A stretch of 64,000 nt of DNA from Candidatus Doudnabacteria bacterium (GCA_019659055.1 JAIFWV010000002.1:26047-90046), one strand, 5' to 3'; shown: positions 45,432 through 54,759, numbered from the stretch's first letter. The notes: a model not told the origin generated them from the sequence alone. Program-made: numbers and translations.

Positions 45432-46022
45432 CTACTGAATGAACTTTTTGCCGATCGAAGCGTTGGGTACGATTCCGCGGTCTACGAGCTGCTTGGCAGC
45501 ACGCGGACTTTGTGTCCGTAGCCATTTCTCGTACAACCGAAGCAGATCCGTGCTCGTGGTTACTCCCGTGCGTTCACTGATGTCCGCAAGGACGTCTGTA
45601 TAACAAACGAACTTGCGGGAGAGTTCTGCAAAAACATCTGAAAACGCATCGACCTCGTGCCGACTCAACGAACCATAGGCATACTCGCCCATGGAAACGT
45701 AGTAGTCCACGTCTATAGACCTACGCCTCAAACTGTCCGAGAAGAAGCCTGAGACAAACAGCGAAAAATCACCGAGACTGCGGAGCAGTGCTCTTTGCTC
45801 GGGCCCGTTGCTGTTGATGGCAGTGGTAAGCCGTACAGCCAGAGGAAGATTGTGTCCGGCGTACGGGCCGGAAGCGTCCGGCCGCACGAAAGCGCAAAGC
45901 AAATTCACCAGGTAATACCCCGTAAACTCGCTGGCACTCACATGCTGGCGAGCAAGAGCGCTTTCCACCAAGTCCTTGAAGTACTCGGCGGGTGCCTGAT
46001 TACGAATAGGAATCAGATCCAT
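45432..46022 (-). CDS. hypothetical protein (197 aa), G+C-rich
   Basis: SD AGGAGG 6 nt before ATG at 46022; preceded by TTGACA-17-TACGAT and ArsR-site palindrome; terminator AGGACCGC..GCGGTCCT + T8 at 45375-45410. Confidence 0.5.
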   Translation of the reverse strand: MDLIPIRNQAPAEYFKDLVESALARQHVSASEFTGYYLVNLLCAFVRPDASGPYAGHNLPLAVRLTTAINSNGPEQRALLRSLGDFSLFVSGFFSDSLRRRSIDVDYYVSMGEYAYGSLSRHEVDAFSDVFAELSRKFVCYTDVLADISERTGVTTSTDLLRLYEKWLRTQSPRAAKQLVDRGIVPNASIGKKFIQ

Positions 46023-46094
46023 GCTTTTCCTCCTGGAAAACATTGTTGACCGAATCGTAGCAATATAAAAATATGGTGTCAAAAACCTTATAGG

Positions 46095-46112
46095 CTAATT
46101 CGTGCGAATTAG
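46095..46112. promoter_or_regulatory. 18-bp palindrome CTAATTCGTGCGAATTAG (copy 1), putative ArsR-like operator upstream of 45432..46022
   Basis: perfect 8-bp arms; three copies in window, all in promoter regions flanking the ArsR gene or nearby operon. Confidence 0.5.
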
Positions 46113-46366
46113 ACCAATGTCAGACAGTGCTTTATGGCTGGGTGAAGGGCGTTCAAACAATAAAAAACAGACAAACCCCTCTGGTCGCGATCGATAATTT
46201 CTGAAGTACGCAATACAGCAAGATGCCTGGATGTGGCTCGGAAAGACAGGTGCAAATACGCAGCAATGTCGGTGACGCTTGCCTCTCTGTGCTGTTTGAG
46301 ATATTTGATTATCAAAAGCCTCCTCCTGTTTGCCAGTGCCTTATATATTTTCTCCAAATCTTTCAT
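46109..46366 (-). CDS. ArsR/SmtB-family HTH transcriptional regulator
   Basis: 85 aa; LANRRRLLIIKYL..ASVTDIAAYLHLSFRATSRHLAVLRTSEII winged-HTH of ArsR family; no CVC metal motif. Confidence 0.75.
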   Translation of the reverse strand: MKDLEKIYKALANRRRLLIIKYLKQHREASVTDIAAYLHLSFRATSRHLAVLRTSEIIDRDQRGLSVFYCLNALHPAIKHCLTLV

Positions 46367-46368
46367 AG

Positions 46369-46386
46369 GCTAATTCGTGCGAATAA
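46369..46386. promoter_or_regulatory. palindrome copy 2 (CTAATTCGTGCGAATAAG, 1 mismatch) abutting ArsR-like gene start: putative autoregulatory operator
   Basis: starts 3 nt after the ArsR ATG on the opposite strand. Confidence 0.5.
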
Positions 46387-46398
46387 GTCTTAGACTAT

Positions 46399-48528
46399 CT
46401 ATAAAGCGCCGATCTCGAGAGTCTTGTCATGTTTGTTGGCGCGTACAAGATCTTTGAGATTCAATCCCATTGAGCGGAAAATATTCATATTGAGAATCGG
46501 GAAGCGCTTACCTTGGCTTATGAGCGAAACAGTCTGCCCATCCTGGACTATGCTCCCGTCTGGATGCGCCCGATCAATGCTGTCAATTACTGCGCCAGTG
46601 TCGACGATGGTTAGATCATTTTTTACTAAATTAGAAAACTTATATCCCAAACCAAGGAAAACCTTGTCAGATACAAATCCATATTTTTTGGCTTTGTACA
46701 CCAGGTACACGGTGCGGCCATCATTTGAATCCAAGACCAACGATCCATCCTGGAAAGTATTTGCCCCGAGAACCTTACCTGGATTTTCTGTCACAGGCAA
46801 GATAGTTACTGCTGGCGAACCGCCGCCGCCGGAAGGCGCTGGAGTTGGTTCTGGATCGGGTTTGGGAGCTGGAACTATATGTTCAGGATTCTCGGGAGTG
46901 AATAATTGGTCAACGCTCCCGTCCCCATCATAATCGGCAGCCATTTCGGTCAGGCCATCGGCCAGAATTATAGATCCCTGGAATTTTTCGGTCACCGGAA
47001 TATTTTCATAAATTTGAAAAAGCTGGGCATCTGATCCGCTCACATCATATTCTTTAAAAGTAAAATTACCTTCTCCTGTGCCTTGCAGTTTAACGGTATA
47101 TGTTTGGCCTTGATCCTGTGGGACGTACACATATTTATGGTCACCAAAAATTTCCATATCCGATCCAGGAATACCGTTCTCGACGCTCCCATTCTCTGCT
47201 AGACCTGTCCGATGTCCCTCGGCATCCGTTACCTCGATATTGACAGGACTAAGTATGTGCCACCACTTACCTTTCAAATCACAGACTTTTTGATTCTCAT
47301 TAAAAGCATCCTCGTCGAGCACGGCATTGCCGGTATCCAGTTGGCTCCCAGAAATGAGGTTTACTATATGCTGGCGGATGCCATCTGCGGACAAAAGCTG
47401 GCCGTGGCTGGTTTTGAGCGCCCAATATAAATGATTGGCTGGCACAATAATGCCGCCGGAGCTATCTGTCGGTACAGTGCCGTCCCCGGTGATCAATTTG
47501 GGAAAATCAAAAGCCGGTTCAGAAAATTTACTAATCGTTTCTGTAATACCACCCAATGTGGCCGTAGCACAGCCATTGATCGTGTACAGGTCAGCATATG
47601 TTTTGTAGGGTACCGAAAAAGAATCGAGAGTCCCATGGTAAACTTCACTGGCGGCCAACGCTTTGTCATTAATCAAATTTAGTTTTTTAAATTCAGCAAT
47701 TGCCTGGTCATAAGTTGGCTGGCTATCCACTTCCTCAGGTGTACTCGCAAGCGGGTTATGGATCTTGAGAAATGATCCCTCGTAATAATTCCGGGTTGGT
47801 GCAAGATCGTAAAGAACCGGCATATTCTGGGCCAGCTTTTTCATTTCCTTGGGATTTAATCCCGGCACATCGAAATTATCGCCCTCGATAATGACTTTGT
47901 AGGCTTTGGGTGCTCCCGAGTTGGGAACTCCAACCATAACCGTCTTTCCCAGTTTGCTATTGAGTTTATTTGTATATAGGTATTGCTTTACTAGAAGACC
48001 TCCGGTGGAGTGAGCGACGATATTTACCTTGCCAGCCGCCTTGCCACTTTCGGTCTGAGTAAGAATGTAATCTATCTGGCCTTGGAAAGCATTGAGATTT
48101 ACCAAATTACCTTCGGCATCCACACCCGAAATCCCATATCTCCAATCATATGGAAACGTAAATAGATCTTGACCCTCTAGATATCCCTGCTTCACAAACT
48201 CATTTATAAGACCATCAGTGTAATCAAGACCGTGTCCAAGGAATGTTGTTTTTCTAATTACTTCGCTTGTTAAGATATCGTTGTCGGTAGGTTGAAGATC
48301 TTCACTAAACGACAATGGATCCATAAAACTATCGGGTAAAATAGTCATTTTGGAGTTAGCCCAGAGCAGGTCATCTCCTTTTTTTAAGTTTGTTCCTAGA
48401 ACACCCGGTACAATTAAGACTGGAGTTTTTAAACTGGTCATTGACCCTTGAGCTCGCGGGTACCAAAAAGGAGCTATCAAAAATATTATAATTCCAATCG
48501 TAAGAGATTTAAACCCAGTCAAAAACAT
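46399..48528 (-). CDS. secreted alpha/beta-hydrolase (lipase/esterase-like, GxSxG = AHSTGG) with large C-terminal beta-rich extension
   Basis: 709 aa; N-terminal signal/TM, VAHSTGGLLVKQYL nucleophile elbow, Pro/Gly-rich linker PTPAPSGGGGSP then extra domain. Confidence 0.65.
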   Translation of the reverse strand: MFLTGFKSLTIGIIIFLIAPFWYPRAQGSMTSLKTPVLIVPGVLGTNLKKGDDLLWANSKMTILPDSFMDPLSFSEDLQPTDNDILTSEVIRKTTFLGHGLDYTDGLINEFVKQGYLEGQDLFTFPYDWRYGISGVDAEGNLVNLNAFQGQIDYILTQTESGKAAGKVNIVAHSTGGLLVKQYLYTNKLNSKLGKTVMVGVPNSGAPKAYKVIIEGDNFDVPGLNPKEMKKLAQNMPVLYDLAPTRNYYEGSFLKIHNPLASTPEEVDSQPTYDQAIAEFKKLNLINDKALAASEVYHGTLDSFSVPYKTYADLYTINGCATATLGGITETISKFSEPAFDFPKLITGDGTVPTDSSGGIIVPANHLYWALKTSHGQLLSADGIRQHIVNLISGSQLDTGNAVLDEDAFNENQKVCDLKGKWWHILSPVNIEVTDAEGHRTGLAENGSVENGIPGSDMEIFGDHKYVYVPQDQGQTYTVKLQGTGEGNFTFKEYDVSGSDAQLFQIYENIPVTEKFQGSIILADGLTEMAADYDGDGSVDQLFTPENPEHIVPAPKPDPEPTPAPSGGGGSPAVTILPVTENPGKVLGANTFQDGSLVLDSNDGRTVYLVYKAKKYGFVSDKVFLGLGYKFSNLVKNDLTIVDTGAVIDSIDRAHPDGSIVQDGQTVSLISQGKRFPILNMNIFRSMGLNLKDLVRANKHDKTLEIGAL

Positions 48529-48532
48529 AAAT

Positions 48533-48829
48533 TTAGAGAATAAAATCGGCGCGAACCCATGAATAAGCTAAATAAAAGTATATTGATAACAAAATGATCA
48601 GAAATAAAGAAAGTGCTTGCCAAAAATATCTAATTTTTATATTTTCGGAATTACGAGATCCAAAGAAAATAAGCGCGCTGAAAATTATAGCGACTATAAT
48701 CAACCCAAGTTTAATAGCATTTCCATAGCCCGAAATTCCGGCACCTGCATGAGGGTAAACGTAGTTATATACCGGTATCAGCGCGAGTGCTAAAACAGCG
48801 ATAAGCATCAAGTATAAATTCTTTTTCAT
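48533..48829 (-). CDS. small membrane protein (98 aa)
   Basis: three TM helices; promoter TTGACAAACGTAAGCAAT..TATTTT upstream. Confidence 0.5.
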   Translation of the reverse strand: MKKNLYLMLIAVLALALIPVYNYVYPHAGAGISGYGNAIKLGLIIVAIIFSALIFFGSRNSENIKIRYFWQALSLFLIILLSIYFYLAYSWVRADFIL

Positions 48830-48924
48830 ATTTGTATTTTAATTAATTGCAAAATATACCTATTGCTTACGTTTGTCAAACTTTCAAGAAATTTAAAAAA
48901 ATAGCCTTGACTATTATCGTAAGG

Positions 48925-49254
48925 CTAGCCGATGCGGTTTCTAATTGCTATAGCCATATAAATTAACAATAGACAATTGAAGCTTAATAAAAAAATAAAC
49001 CAACGGAACCACTTTACTCCAACGAAGTAAGCTTTCATATTATTTGCAATAAAGATCAGCCCAATCAGCTGGATGACCAAAACCACAAACGTCATCAAAA
49101 TATGCCCACTATCAGTAATTCGATTGACCCTTAACAAATTATGGTTTGGATTTAGTAACTGATAATCATAACTTGAAACAGGGCCCCAGATAAGCTCGGG
49201 TATCAAAAACATCGCTAAGCCTATTGCAAACCAGATCTTTTGTTTTGTTGTCAT
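48925..49254 (-). CDS. small membrane protein (109 aa)
   Basis: three TM helices; ArsR-site palindrome copy 3 and TTGACAAGCCTGAGCAAT motif upstream. Confidence 0.5.
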   Translation of the reverse strand: MTTKQKIWFAIGLAMFLIPELIWGPVSSYDYQLLNPNHNLLRVNRITDSGHILMTFVVLVIQLIGLIFIANNMKAYFVGVKWFRWFIFLLSFNCLLLIYMAIAIRNRIG

Positions 49255-49321
49255 ACGTTAATTTAATTGATTATAAAGTAATAGCGATTGCTCAGGCTTG
49301 TCAAATTTTTAGTCTTATAGG

Positions 49322-49339
49322 CTAATTCGTGCGAATTAG
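49322..49339. promoter_or_regulatory. palindrome copy 3 (extended AGGCTAATTCGTGCGAATTAGCCT)
   Basis: 11-bp arms; upstream of -35 of the 48925..49254 promoter. Confidence 0.5.
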
Positions 49340-49363
49340 CCTCAGATTAAGCGCGGGTAGTTT

Positions 49364-49849
49364 TTAGAAAAGTTTTATCAAGAAGTATATGAACATAGTG
49401 GTGCCGATGAGGAGTTTGAACAACGAACCTATGACCAGGCCGAGCATGGAGGCCCATGCGACTTTGAGCGCATGTTCCCTGGAGGCGTTGTTCAGAATCT
49501 CCCCGATGTAGGCTCCCACAAACGGTCCAAACAATATCCCGAGCGGGCCGAGAAAAAATATTCCGGCGAATCCTCCAATGGTAGCCCCAAGTATTCCAAA
49601 TCGCGAGGCCTTGCCGCCGCCAGCGGCCATAATAGCTGGTGCAAACAGATCCACAAGCATCGTAAGCCCGATGAGAATTCCAAATACCACAAGACCCCAA
49701 ACGCCCACATAGGCAAAATGCGTGTACCAAGCAAAGAGCAGGAGCCCCAGCCACGCCACAGGCAATCCGGGAAGGAGCGGCAACACGGCCCCGAGAGTGC
49801 CCATGATTATGAGAAAACCAGAGATTAGATTGATAGCAAGGTTATTCAT
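49364..49849 (-). CDS. DUF456-like membrane protein
   Basis: 161 aa, four TM helices, Gly-rich GxxxG packing motifs. Confidence 0.5.
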   Translation of the reverse strand: MNNLAINLISGFLIIMGTLGAVLPLLPGLPVAWLGLLLFAWYTHFAYVGVWGLVVFGILIGLTMLVDLFAPAIMAAGGGKASRFGILGATIGGFAGIFFLGPLGILFGPFVGAYIGEILNNASREHALKVAWASMLGLVIGSLFKLLIGTTMFIYFLIKLF

Positions 49850-49914
49850 AAGTTTAGTTTAGCAATAAAAAAAGGCGAGTGCATAGTAACACTCGCCCTA
49901 GTACTTGCCGACAC

Positions 49915-50397
49915 CTAGAAGTAGACGGAACCGATGAGGATCGCGATGGTCACCATGAGGCGGCCAGCTGTGACCAGGACTCCCTGAGGAGCCTGTGTCT
50001 TGATGGGATCGGAGATGTCTTCGTCTTCGGGAGGAATCTCGACCACCTGCCGCGAGATGAAAGCCATGAACCATGAGCGATCCTCGTTGTTGAGGCGATC
50101 CCACTCGATCCAGCACAGACGCACGCTTTCGCTCTTGATCATGAGCATCTCGGCTATGTGCGGCTGAATCTTTCTAGCCACAAGGATATCTCGGATTTCC
50201 TGAGCCCGGATGGGCCGCTGGGCTGCTGCGTACGCTGCGACCAACATGAGACATCCATCGTCCTCATCTGAATGCGCGTTGTTATTGATCCACTGCCCCA
50301 CCAGGATCCGGTCTCCGCGCGACACGATGCCCTCGTACACGGAGCGACGCAATTCCGGCGGAATCTCTTGCGTGAATGTGCGCAACAAGTTCTGCAT
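49915..50397 (-). CDS. hypothetical protein with C-terminal TM helix (160 aa), G+C-rich
   Basis: SD CAGGAGG 4 nt before ATG at 50397 (track start 50439 unsupported by SD). Confidence 0.45.
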   Translation of the reverse strand: MQNLLRTFTQEIPPELRRSVYEGIVSRGDRILVGQWINNNAHSDEDDGCLMLVAAYAAAQRPIRAQEIRDILVARKIQPHIAEMLMIKSESVRLCWIEWDRLNNEDRSWFMAFISRQVVEIPPEDEDISDPIKTQAPQGVLVTAGRLMVTIAILIGSVYF

Positions 50398-50459
50398 TTG
50401 TCCTCCTGACCGAGTTGTCGAATAGAGCAAGCATACCAATTGCCGCAGGCGAGGTCAAA

Positions 50460-50987
50460 TCACCGAAACGAGTAGTTCCTGAGTTCGTTTTTGATTTCTC
50501 GATAGTTTGGGATTGTTTCCGCGACCAATGCCCAAAATTTCTTTGAGTGATTGAATTCCTTGAGATGACAAAGCTCGTGGACGATGATGTAGTCGGCCTG
50601 CACCAGCGGCAGTTCGACTATTTTGTGGTTGAAATTGAGATTCTTACGAGCCGAACAACTCCCCCACAAACTCTTGTGATTTTTGATGCTGACCTTGCCG
50701 TGAGTCAACCCATAGTGCTGATTATAATATTCGATACGGGACTTCACGAACGCCAAAGCTTCTGCCAGCGTCTTACTTCGCACCGGCCCCAGAGGCTGGA
50801 CTTCGCGGTTTTTATAATACTCCAATTTTTTCTGGATCCAAGCAGACTTACGGTCCACAAAATCTTGCGCCGCAGACCGGGGAGCCCGCACTGGTTTGGT
50901 CACCACCACTCGCCCATCCGGGTATAACGTAATCCGGATATGCCGAGCTTTGGTGCTTTGTTTTATTTCATATCGGATTGAAGACAT
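50460..50987 (-). CDS. YgjP-like metal-dependent hydrolase (DUF45/WLM-like, HExxH)
   Basis: IVHELCHLKEFNHSKKFW zinc motif near C-terminus, typical YgjP length. Confidence 0.7.
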   Translation of the reverse strand: MSSIRYEIKQSTKARHIRITLYPDGRVVVTKPVRAPRSAAQDFVDRKSAWIQKKLEYYKNREVQPLGPVRSKTLAEALAFVKSRIEYYNQHYGLTHGKVSIKNHKSLWGSCSARKNLNFNHKIVELPLVQADYIIVHELCHLKEFNHSKKFWALVAETIPNYREIKNELRNYSFR

Positions 50988-51268
50988 TATTTGATAAATG
51001 CCAAACCCACGGCCACGCAGTGTTGGCAGAAATAATTTTTCTTGGAGGTGCAGGTGCATTTCCAGCGCAAGCCCTTGGGTGTGGATTCCAGATGCACAGT
51101 GCGTTTCTCATGGTGTCCTTGCTTCACCTGAGCAATATGGTTGTATGTGTTTGATTTCACAAGCGTAAACTCCCCGTCCTTGGCAATCCCTTTGCCATAG
51201 CGAAAGTTGGATCTGGTCGCCAGATCCTCCAAGGCGTCTTCGGAAATATATTCTCTAAGCGGCTTCAT
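50987..51268 (-). CDS. SWIM zinc-finger protein (93 aa)
   Basis: WKCTCTSKKNYFCQHCVA = CxCx(n)CxH SWIM signature. Confidence 0.6.
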   Translation of the reverse strand: MKPLREYISEDALEDLATRSNFRYGKGIAKDGEFTLVKSNTYNHIAQVKQGHHEKRTVHLESTPKGLRWKCTCTSKKNYFCQHCVAVGLAFIK

Positions 51269-52280
51269 TTGAGGCGTCTCTATTCTCGTTATCCAGTTCA
51301 GCTTGGTATTGTTTTTGTTGCGCTCTTTTTACGGTATCCACGTGTTGTTGGACCCTCTTCCAGAGTTCGGGATTTATTTCATTTATATCCATGCTCTCCA
51401 TGAGTCCCACCATTACCATTTGATTATATTCTTCGTTTACTTTGAAAAGCCCTTCCAACATGCTCTTGCCCAGTACTTCAGCGGCAAGTTCACGGAAATC
51501 TTCATTTGCTAAATTCTCCCCTTCTAATTTACCTCGAATTATAGCACCCCAGACTGTATCTCTCGATACTCCGGTTTCGTGTACAATCTTCTCTATTAAA
51601 GCTTCTACAAAAAACACAGGTATTTGATAAGGGCGGTTATTGGCGGGATCAAAATATCTTTTTATTTCGTTGCCGTTCTCAAATTCGGGATGAGATTTAA
51701 GGTAATCCCGGGTGACTTCCCGGGCCAGCAATTCTGTCACCCCTTCATCAAAAAGTGCGAATGCTCTGTCTCGTCTCTCCTCATCATTTGTTCTTTCAAA
51801 AGTTTCCAGACCATATCCCGCTTGTCTGAATAACATTCCGAATTCTTCGCCATTATCATATTCCAGAAATCCTTGGCAATTGAATTTAGAAACTGCGTGG
51901 ACCTCCTCGTGTATGAGAGTTTCTAAAAAAAACAATTTTTCGGAAACTCCATTATCCTTCCCATATGCTTCAATGACTTCTGGATTTAGGGTGATCATAT
52001 TTTGCATCATCATATATGTACCACCATCCTCCAGGTCACGAGAAGAAAAAATAATATCATCAGCGAACACCATATTTATACTCTCTGGCGCGACGTCTGT
52101 CTTTTTCAAAAGGCTGATAAAAGATGATTTTAGAGATTCAAAATCAACATCCCCAAGATAGCCCTCGAATTCCGGAGAGGATTCATGTAATTCTTTATAT
52201 TCAGGATTACCCTTCTGTATCCCTTGGTCTACTCCTTCCTCAAGCTCACCATTTAAACTGAAAAATTCTCTGCTTTTCAT
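51255..52280 (-). CDS. hypothetical HExxH-motif protein (putative metalloprotease-like, 341 aa)
   Basis: TLIHEEVHAVS motif; acidic, A+T-rich gene. Confidence 0.45.
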   Translation of the reverse strand: MKSREFFSLNGELEEGVDQGIQKGNPEYKELHESSPEFEGYLGDVDFESLKSSFISLLKKTDVAPESINMVFADDIIFSSRDLEDGGTYMMMQNMITLNPEVIEAYGKDNGVSEKLFFLETLIHEEVHAVSKFNCQGFLEYDNGEEFGMLFRQAGYGLETFERTNDEERRDRAFALFDEGVTELLAREVTRDYLKSHPEFENGNEIKRYFDPANNRPYQIPVFFVEALIEKIVHETGVSRDTVWGAIIRGKLEGENLANEDFRELAAEVLGKSMLEGLFKVNEEYNQMVMVGLMESMDINEINPELWKRVQQHVDTVKRAQQKQYQAELDNENRDASNEAA

Positions 52281-52292
52281 GGGTGGATTATA

Positions 52293-52571
52293 TCATTTTT
52301 TAATTAGTTTCAATTTTTCTGTCCGCGGAAGTTGTTTGATCCGATACTCTTCCCTGGAGGCATTGGCGCGGTTGCGGAATCTGCTCGAGAAGATCAGTCT
52401 CACCGGCCGGCGGGCGGAAGTATATCTGGCCCCAAGCTTGGACGAATTATGCTCGGCAATCCTGCGAGTAAGATCAGTGGTGATCCCCGTATAGAGTGTC
52501 CCGTCCTTACACTTGAGCATATAAACATAGTACATATAGTAAGTATAACAAAAAGGCCTGACTGTTTGCAC
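52293..52571 (-). CDS. GIY-YIG nuclease-family small protein (UPF0213/YhbQ-like)
   Basis: YVYMLKCKDGTLYTGITTDLTRRIAEHN = GIY-YIG core; true start may be the internal Met (MYYVYML). Confidence 0.7.
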   Translation of the reverse strand: MQTVRPFCYTYYMYYVYMLKCKDGTLYTGITTDLTRRIAEHNSSKLGARYTSARRPVRLIFSSRFRNRANASREEYRIKQLPRTEKLKLIKK

Positions 52572-52593
52572 AGCAGGTCGTTGGGACAGTTTA

Positions 52594-53187
52594 CTAATCT
52601 AGTTTATCGGCGAAGACAACGAGCCTCTGCGTATAACTCTGGGCGGATTTATCCCAAATACCTTGGCAGGTAATCAGGTTCAAATGCGCTATGCCATCCG
52701 CCGAAGTAAATATTTCTGTAGCGTCTGCATCCGGCGCATAAATCCGGGATTCCCTCACCGCAAATGTGACGACTCCGCCTTGTCCGTCGTGGACCCGAAT
52801 CTGGTCGCCAGGTTTGAGATTATGTAAATTGGCAAACACGGCTGTGGTATTATTTTCTCCATCGACATGGCCGTCGATGACTGCACTACCAATTTCCCCT
52901 GGTCGCGGCCCCAAGCTATACCACGCGGTATCGTCTTGGTCGGCAGGTACATCCATGGACCCGTTTGGTAATATCCCTACTCGTTCGACTGCCGCATCCA
53001 CGCCGATGCTTGGAATGACAATTCGCGCTGGAGCAAGAAATTTCTCTTTGGCCGCGGCATCACTCCATGAGTAGTTAGTGGTAAACTTGATCTTGATGTT
53101 TGGCAAAAACAGCCAGCCGGTTACGGCAATTGCCGCAACCAAAAACCCAAATACTATCAAGCGGGTCTGCAAAAGTCTATTTCTCAC
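52594..53187 (-). CDS. sortase-family transpeptidase
   Basis: N-terminal TM anchor, catalytic His region (IDGHVDG), TLxTC active-site motif (LNLITCQG), conserved Arg downstream. Confidence 0.75.
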   Translation of the reverse strand: MRNRLLQTRLIVFGFLVAAIAVTGWLFLPNIKIKFTTNYSWSDAAAKEKFLAPARIVIPSIGVDAAVERVGILPNGSMDVPADQDDTAWYSLGPRPGEIGSAVIDGHVDGENNTTAVFANLHNLKPGDQIRVHDGQGGVVTFAVRESRIYAPDADATEIFTSADGIAHLNLITCQGIWDKSAQSYTQRLVVFADKLD

Positions 53188-54085
53188 TCGGTACTAGTTT
53201 GCGTGTTTTTATAAGGGCAAAGAGGATGATCGCACCCGTAATTGCAAGCATAGGCAATTGCCATGGGAGTGTGACAACTTGTGTCCCCAATCCTGTGCTG
53301 GGCAAAGTCGGGACCGGTGTAACTGCAGGACTTACTGGGGCCGGTGTAGGCGTTGGAGTTGGAGTTGGTGACGGGGTCGGAGTCACAGCTACCGCACATG
53401 TCGGCCGATTGATGGTATTGGTATCCAGAGTTACCGCGCCGTTGCGGGCCAGTAGTCGGCCGTTGATAAGCGCACCGTTTGTGGCGGTAACGGAAGTCAG
53501 AGCCAAGACACTGCCGGAAAAATTCGAATTAGTACCAAGGGTCGCGGACGAACCGACCTGCCAGAAAACATTGCAGGCTTGCGCGCCATTCACCAGATTT
53601 ACGGAACTCCCGGAAGCTGTGGTCAGAGACGACCCGGACTGGAATACGAATACCGAGTTTGGATTGCCTTGTCCATCCAAAGTCAGAGCGCCGGTAAGTC
53701 CAAGCGACGAAGCAGAATTATATACGCCCGAAACCAGAGTTTGTCCACCCAGATCTCCGGAAACCGTGACAGTGACCGATTGGCCAGCGGCGGCGTTGTA
53801 GGCAGTCGAAAGATCAACTTCGGCTTGAGCAGCGGCGCTATCGGTAATGTGCTGTGTACCGTTAATAGTGCCTGGTGGGAATCCCGTCACCGAAGTTCCT
53901 GGAGACAAACCCAAGTCACCATTTACGATAGTCGAACCTGTGTTTGTGATTGTCGTGGCCCCAAGAACGGCAAAGCTATTGCTCGATCCAAGGTTCAGCG
54001 CCGTGGCGGCCATAGCCTGTCCGGTATTGCCGAATGCAAACGTAAATGCAACCAAAACCATCAAAACCTTGATCATCTTTTTCAT
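53177..54085 (-). CDS. LPXTG-anchored surface protein with ice-binding-like (DUF3494) beta-solenoid domain
   Basis: signal peptide, SNSFAVLGATTITNTG..DLGLSPG..TGFPPG and NVFWQVGSSATLG signature of DUF3494, PT-repeat linker, LPSTG + TM + basic tail; overlaps sortase gene by 11 nt. Confidence 0.7.
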   Translation of the reverse strand: MKKMIKVLMVLVAFTFAFGNTGQAMAATALNLGSSNSFAVLGATTITNTGSTIVNGDLGLSPGTSVTGFPPGTINGTQHITDSAAAQAEVDLSTAYNAAAGQSVTVTVSGDLGGQTLVSGVYNSASSLGLTGALTLDGQGNPNSVFVFQSGSSLTTASGSSVNLVNGAQACNVFWQVGSSATLGTNSNFSGSVLALTSVTATNGALINGRLLARNGAVTLDTNTINRPTCAVAVTPTPSPTPTPTPTPAPVSPAVTPVPTLPSTGLGTQVVTLPWQLPMLAITGAIILFALIKTRKLVPSEK

Positions 54086-54313
54086 ATCCATGCTTTTCTT
54101 TCGTTAATATGCTCTATAAAAAGCAAAAAACCGGACAATTCCGGTCAAAACATAGAATGGGTTCTTGAATGGATTTGGAAGCAGTTTGCTAAATGTATAT
54201 TCATTATACTCCTAGTCGCGATTAAAAGCAAATCGATTAGGTGATCCCAATGGATGAGAGTATAATGAATACAGTCAAAGGTCTAGGAAATGTATTAAAT
54301 AAGGAAAATTTTT

Positions 54314-54670
54314 ATGGATGCAAGTAATTCACCTAGCACCAAACCGCTGTATCGCGGCACCCAAATCGTGTGGTATGTCGTCGGGATCCTCGAAGCGCTC
54401 CTGGCTTTCCGCTTTGTGCTCAAACTTCTGGGCGCCAACCCAAACGCCGGATTCTCGAGCTTTATCTACTCCGTGAGCAAACCGTTTGCCGCGCCGTTTC
54501 TCAACGTCTTCAAAATAAGCAAAGTCGAAGGCAGTGTCCTCGAATGGACAACCCTGCTGGCGATGATTGTTTATTGGCTCATAGCGTTTGCCATTGCCAA
54601 GATGTTTGTCATGGGCAAAACCGTCTCCACCCCTGAAGCCGCAGTCAAACTCGACGACCAGGCCAAATAA
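54314..54670 (+). CDS. YggT-like small membrane protein
   Basis: 118 aa, two TM helices, LLAFRFVLKLLG motif reminiscent of YggT family. Confidence 0.45.
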   Translation: MDASNSPSTKPLYRGTQIVWYVVGILEALLAFRFVLKLLGANPNAGFSSFIYSVSKPFAAPFLNVFKISKVEGSVLEWTTLLAMIVYWLIAFAIAKMFVMGKTVSTPEAAVKLDDQAK

Positions 54671-54759
54671 CTTTTCGTACAACTGTACGCAACAAAAAAA
54701 GCCCCTGCCACTTACGGCTGGGCTTTTTTTCTCTGCCCCTGACCCCTGGGCGCTGACCC

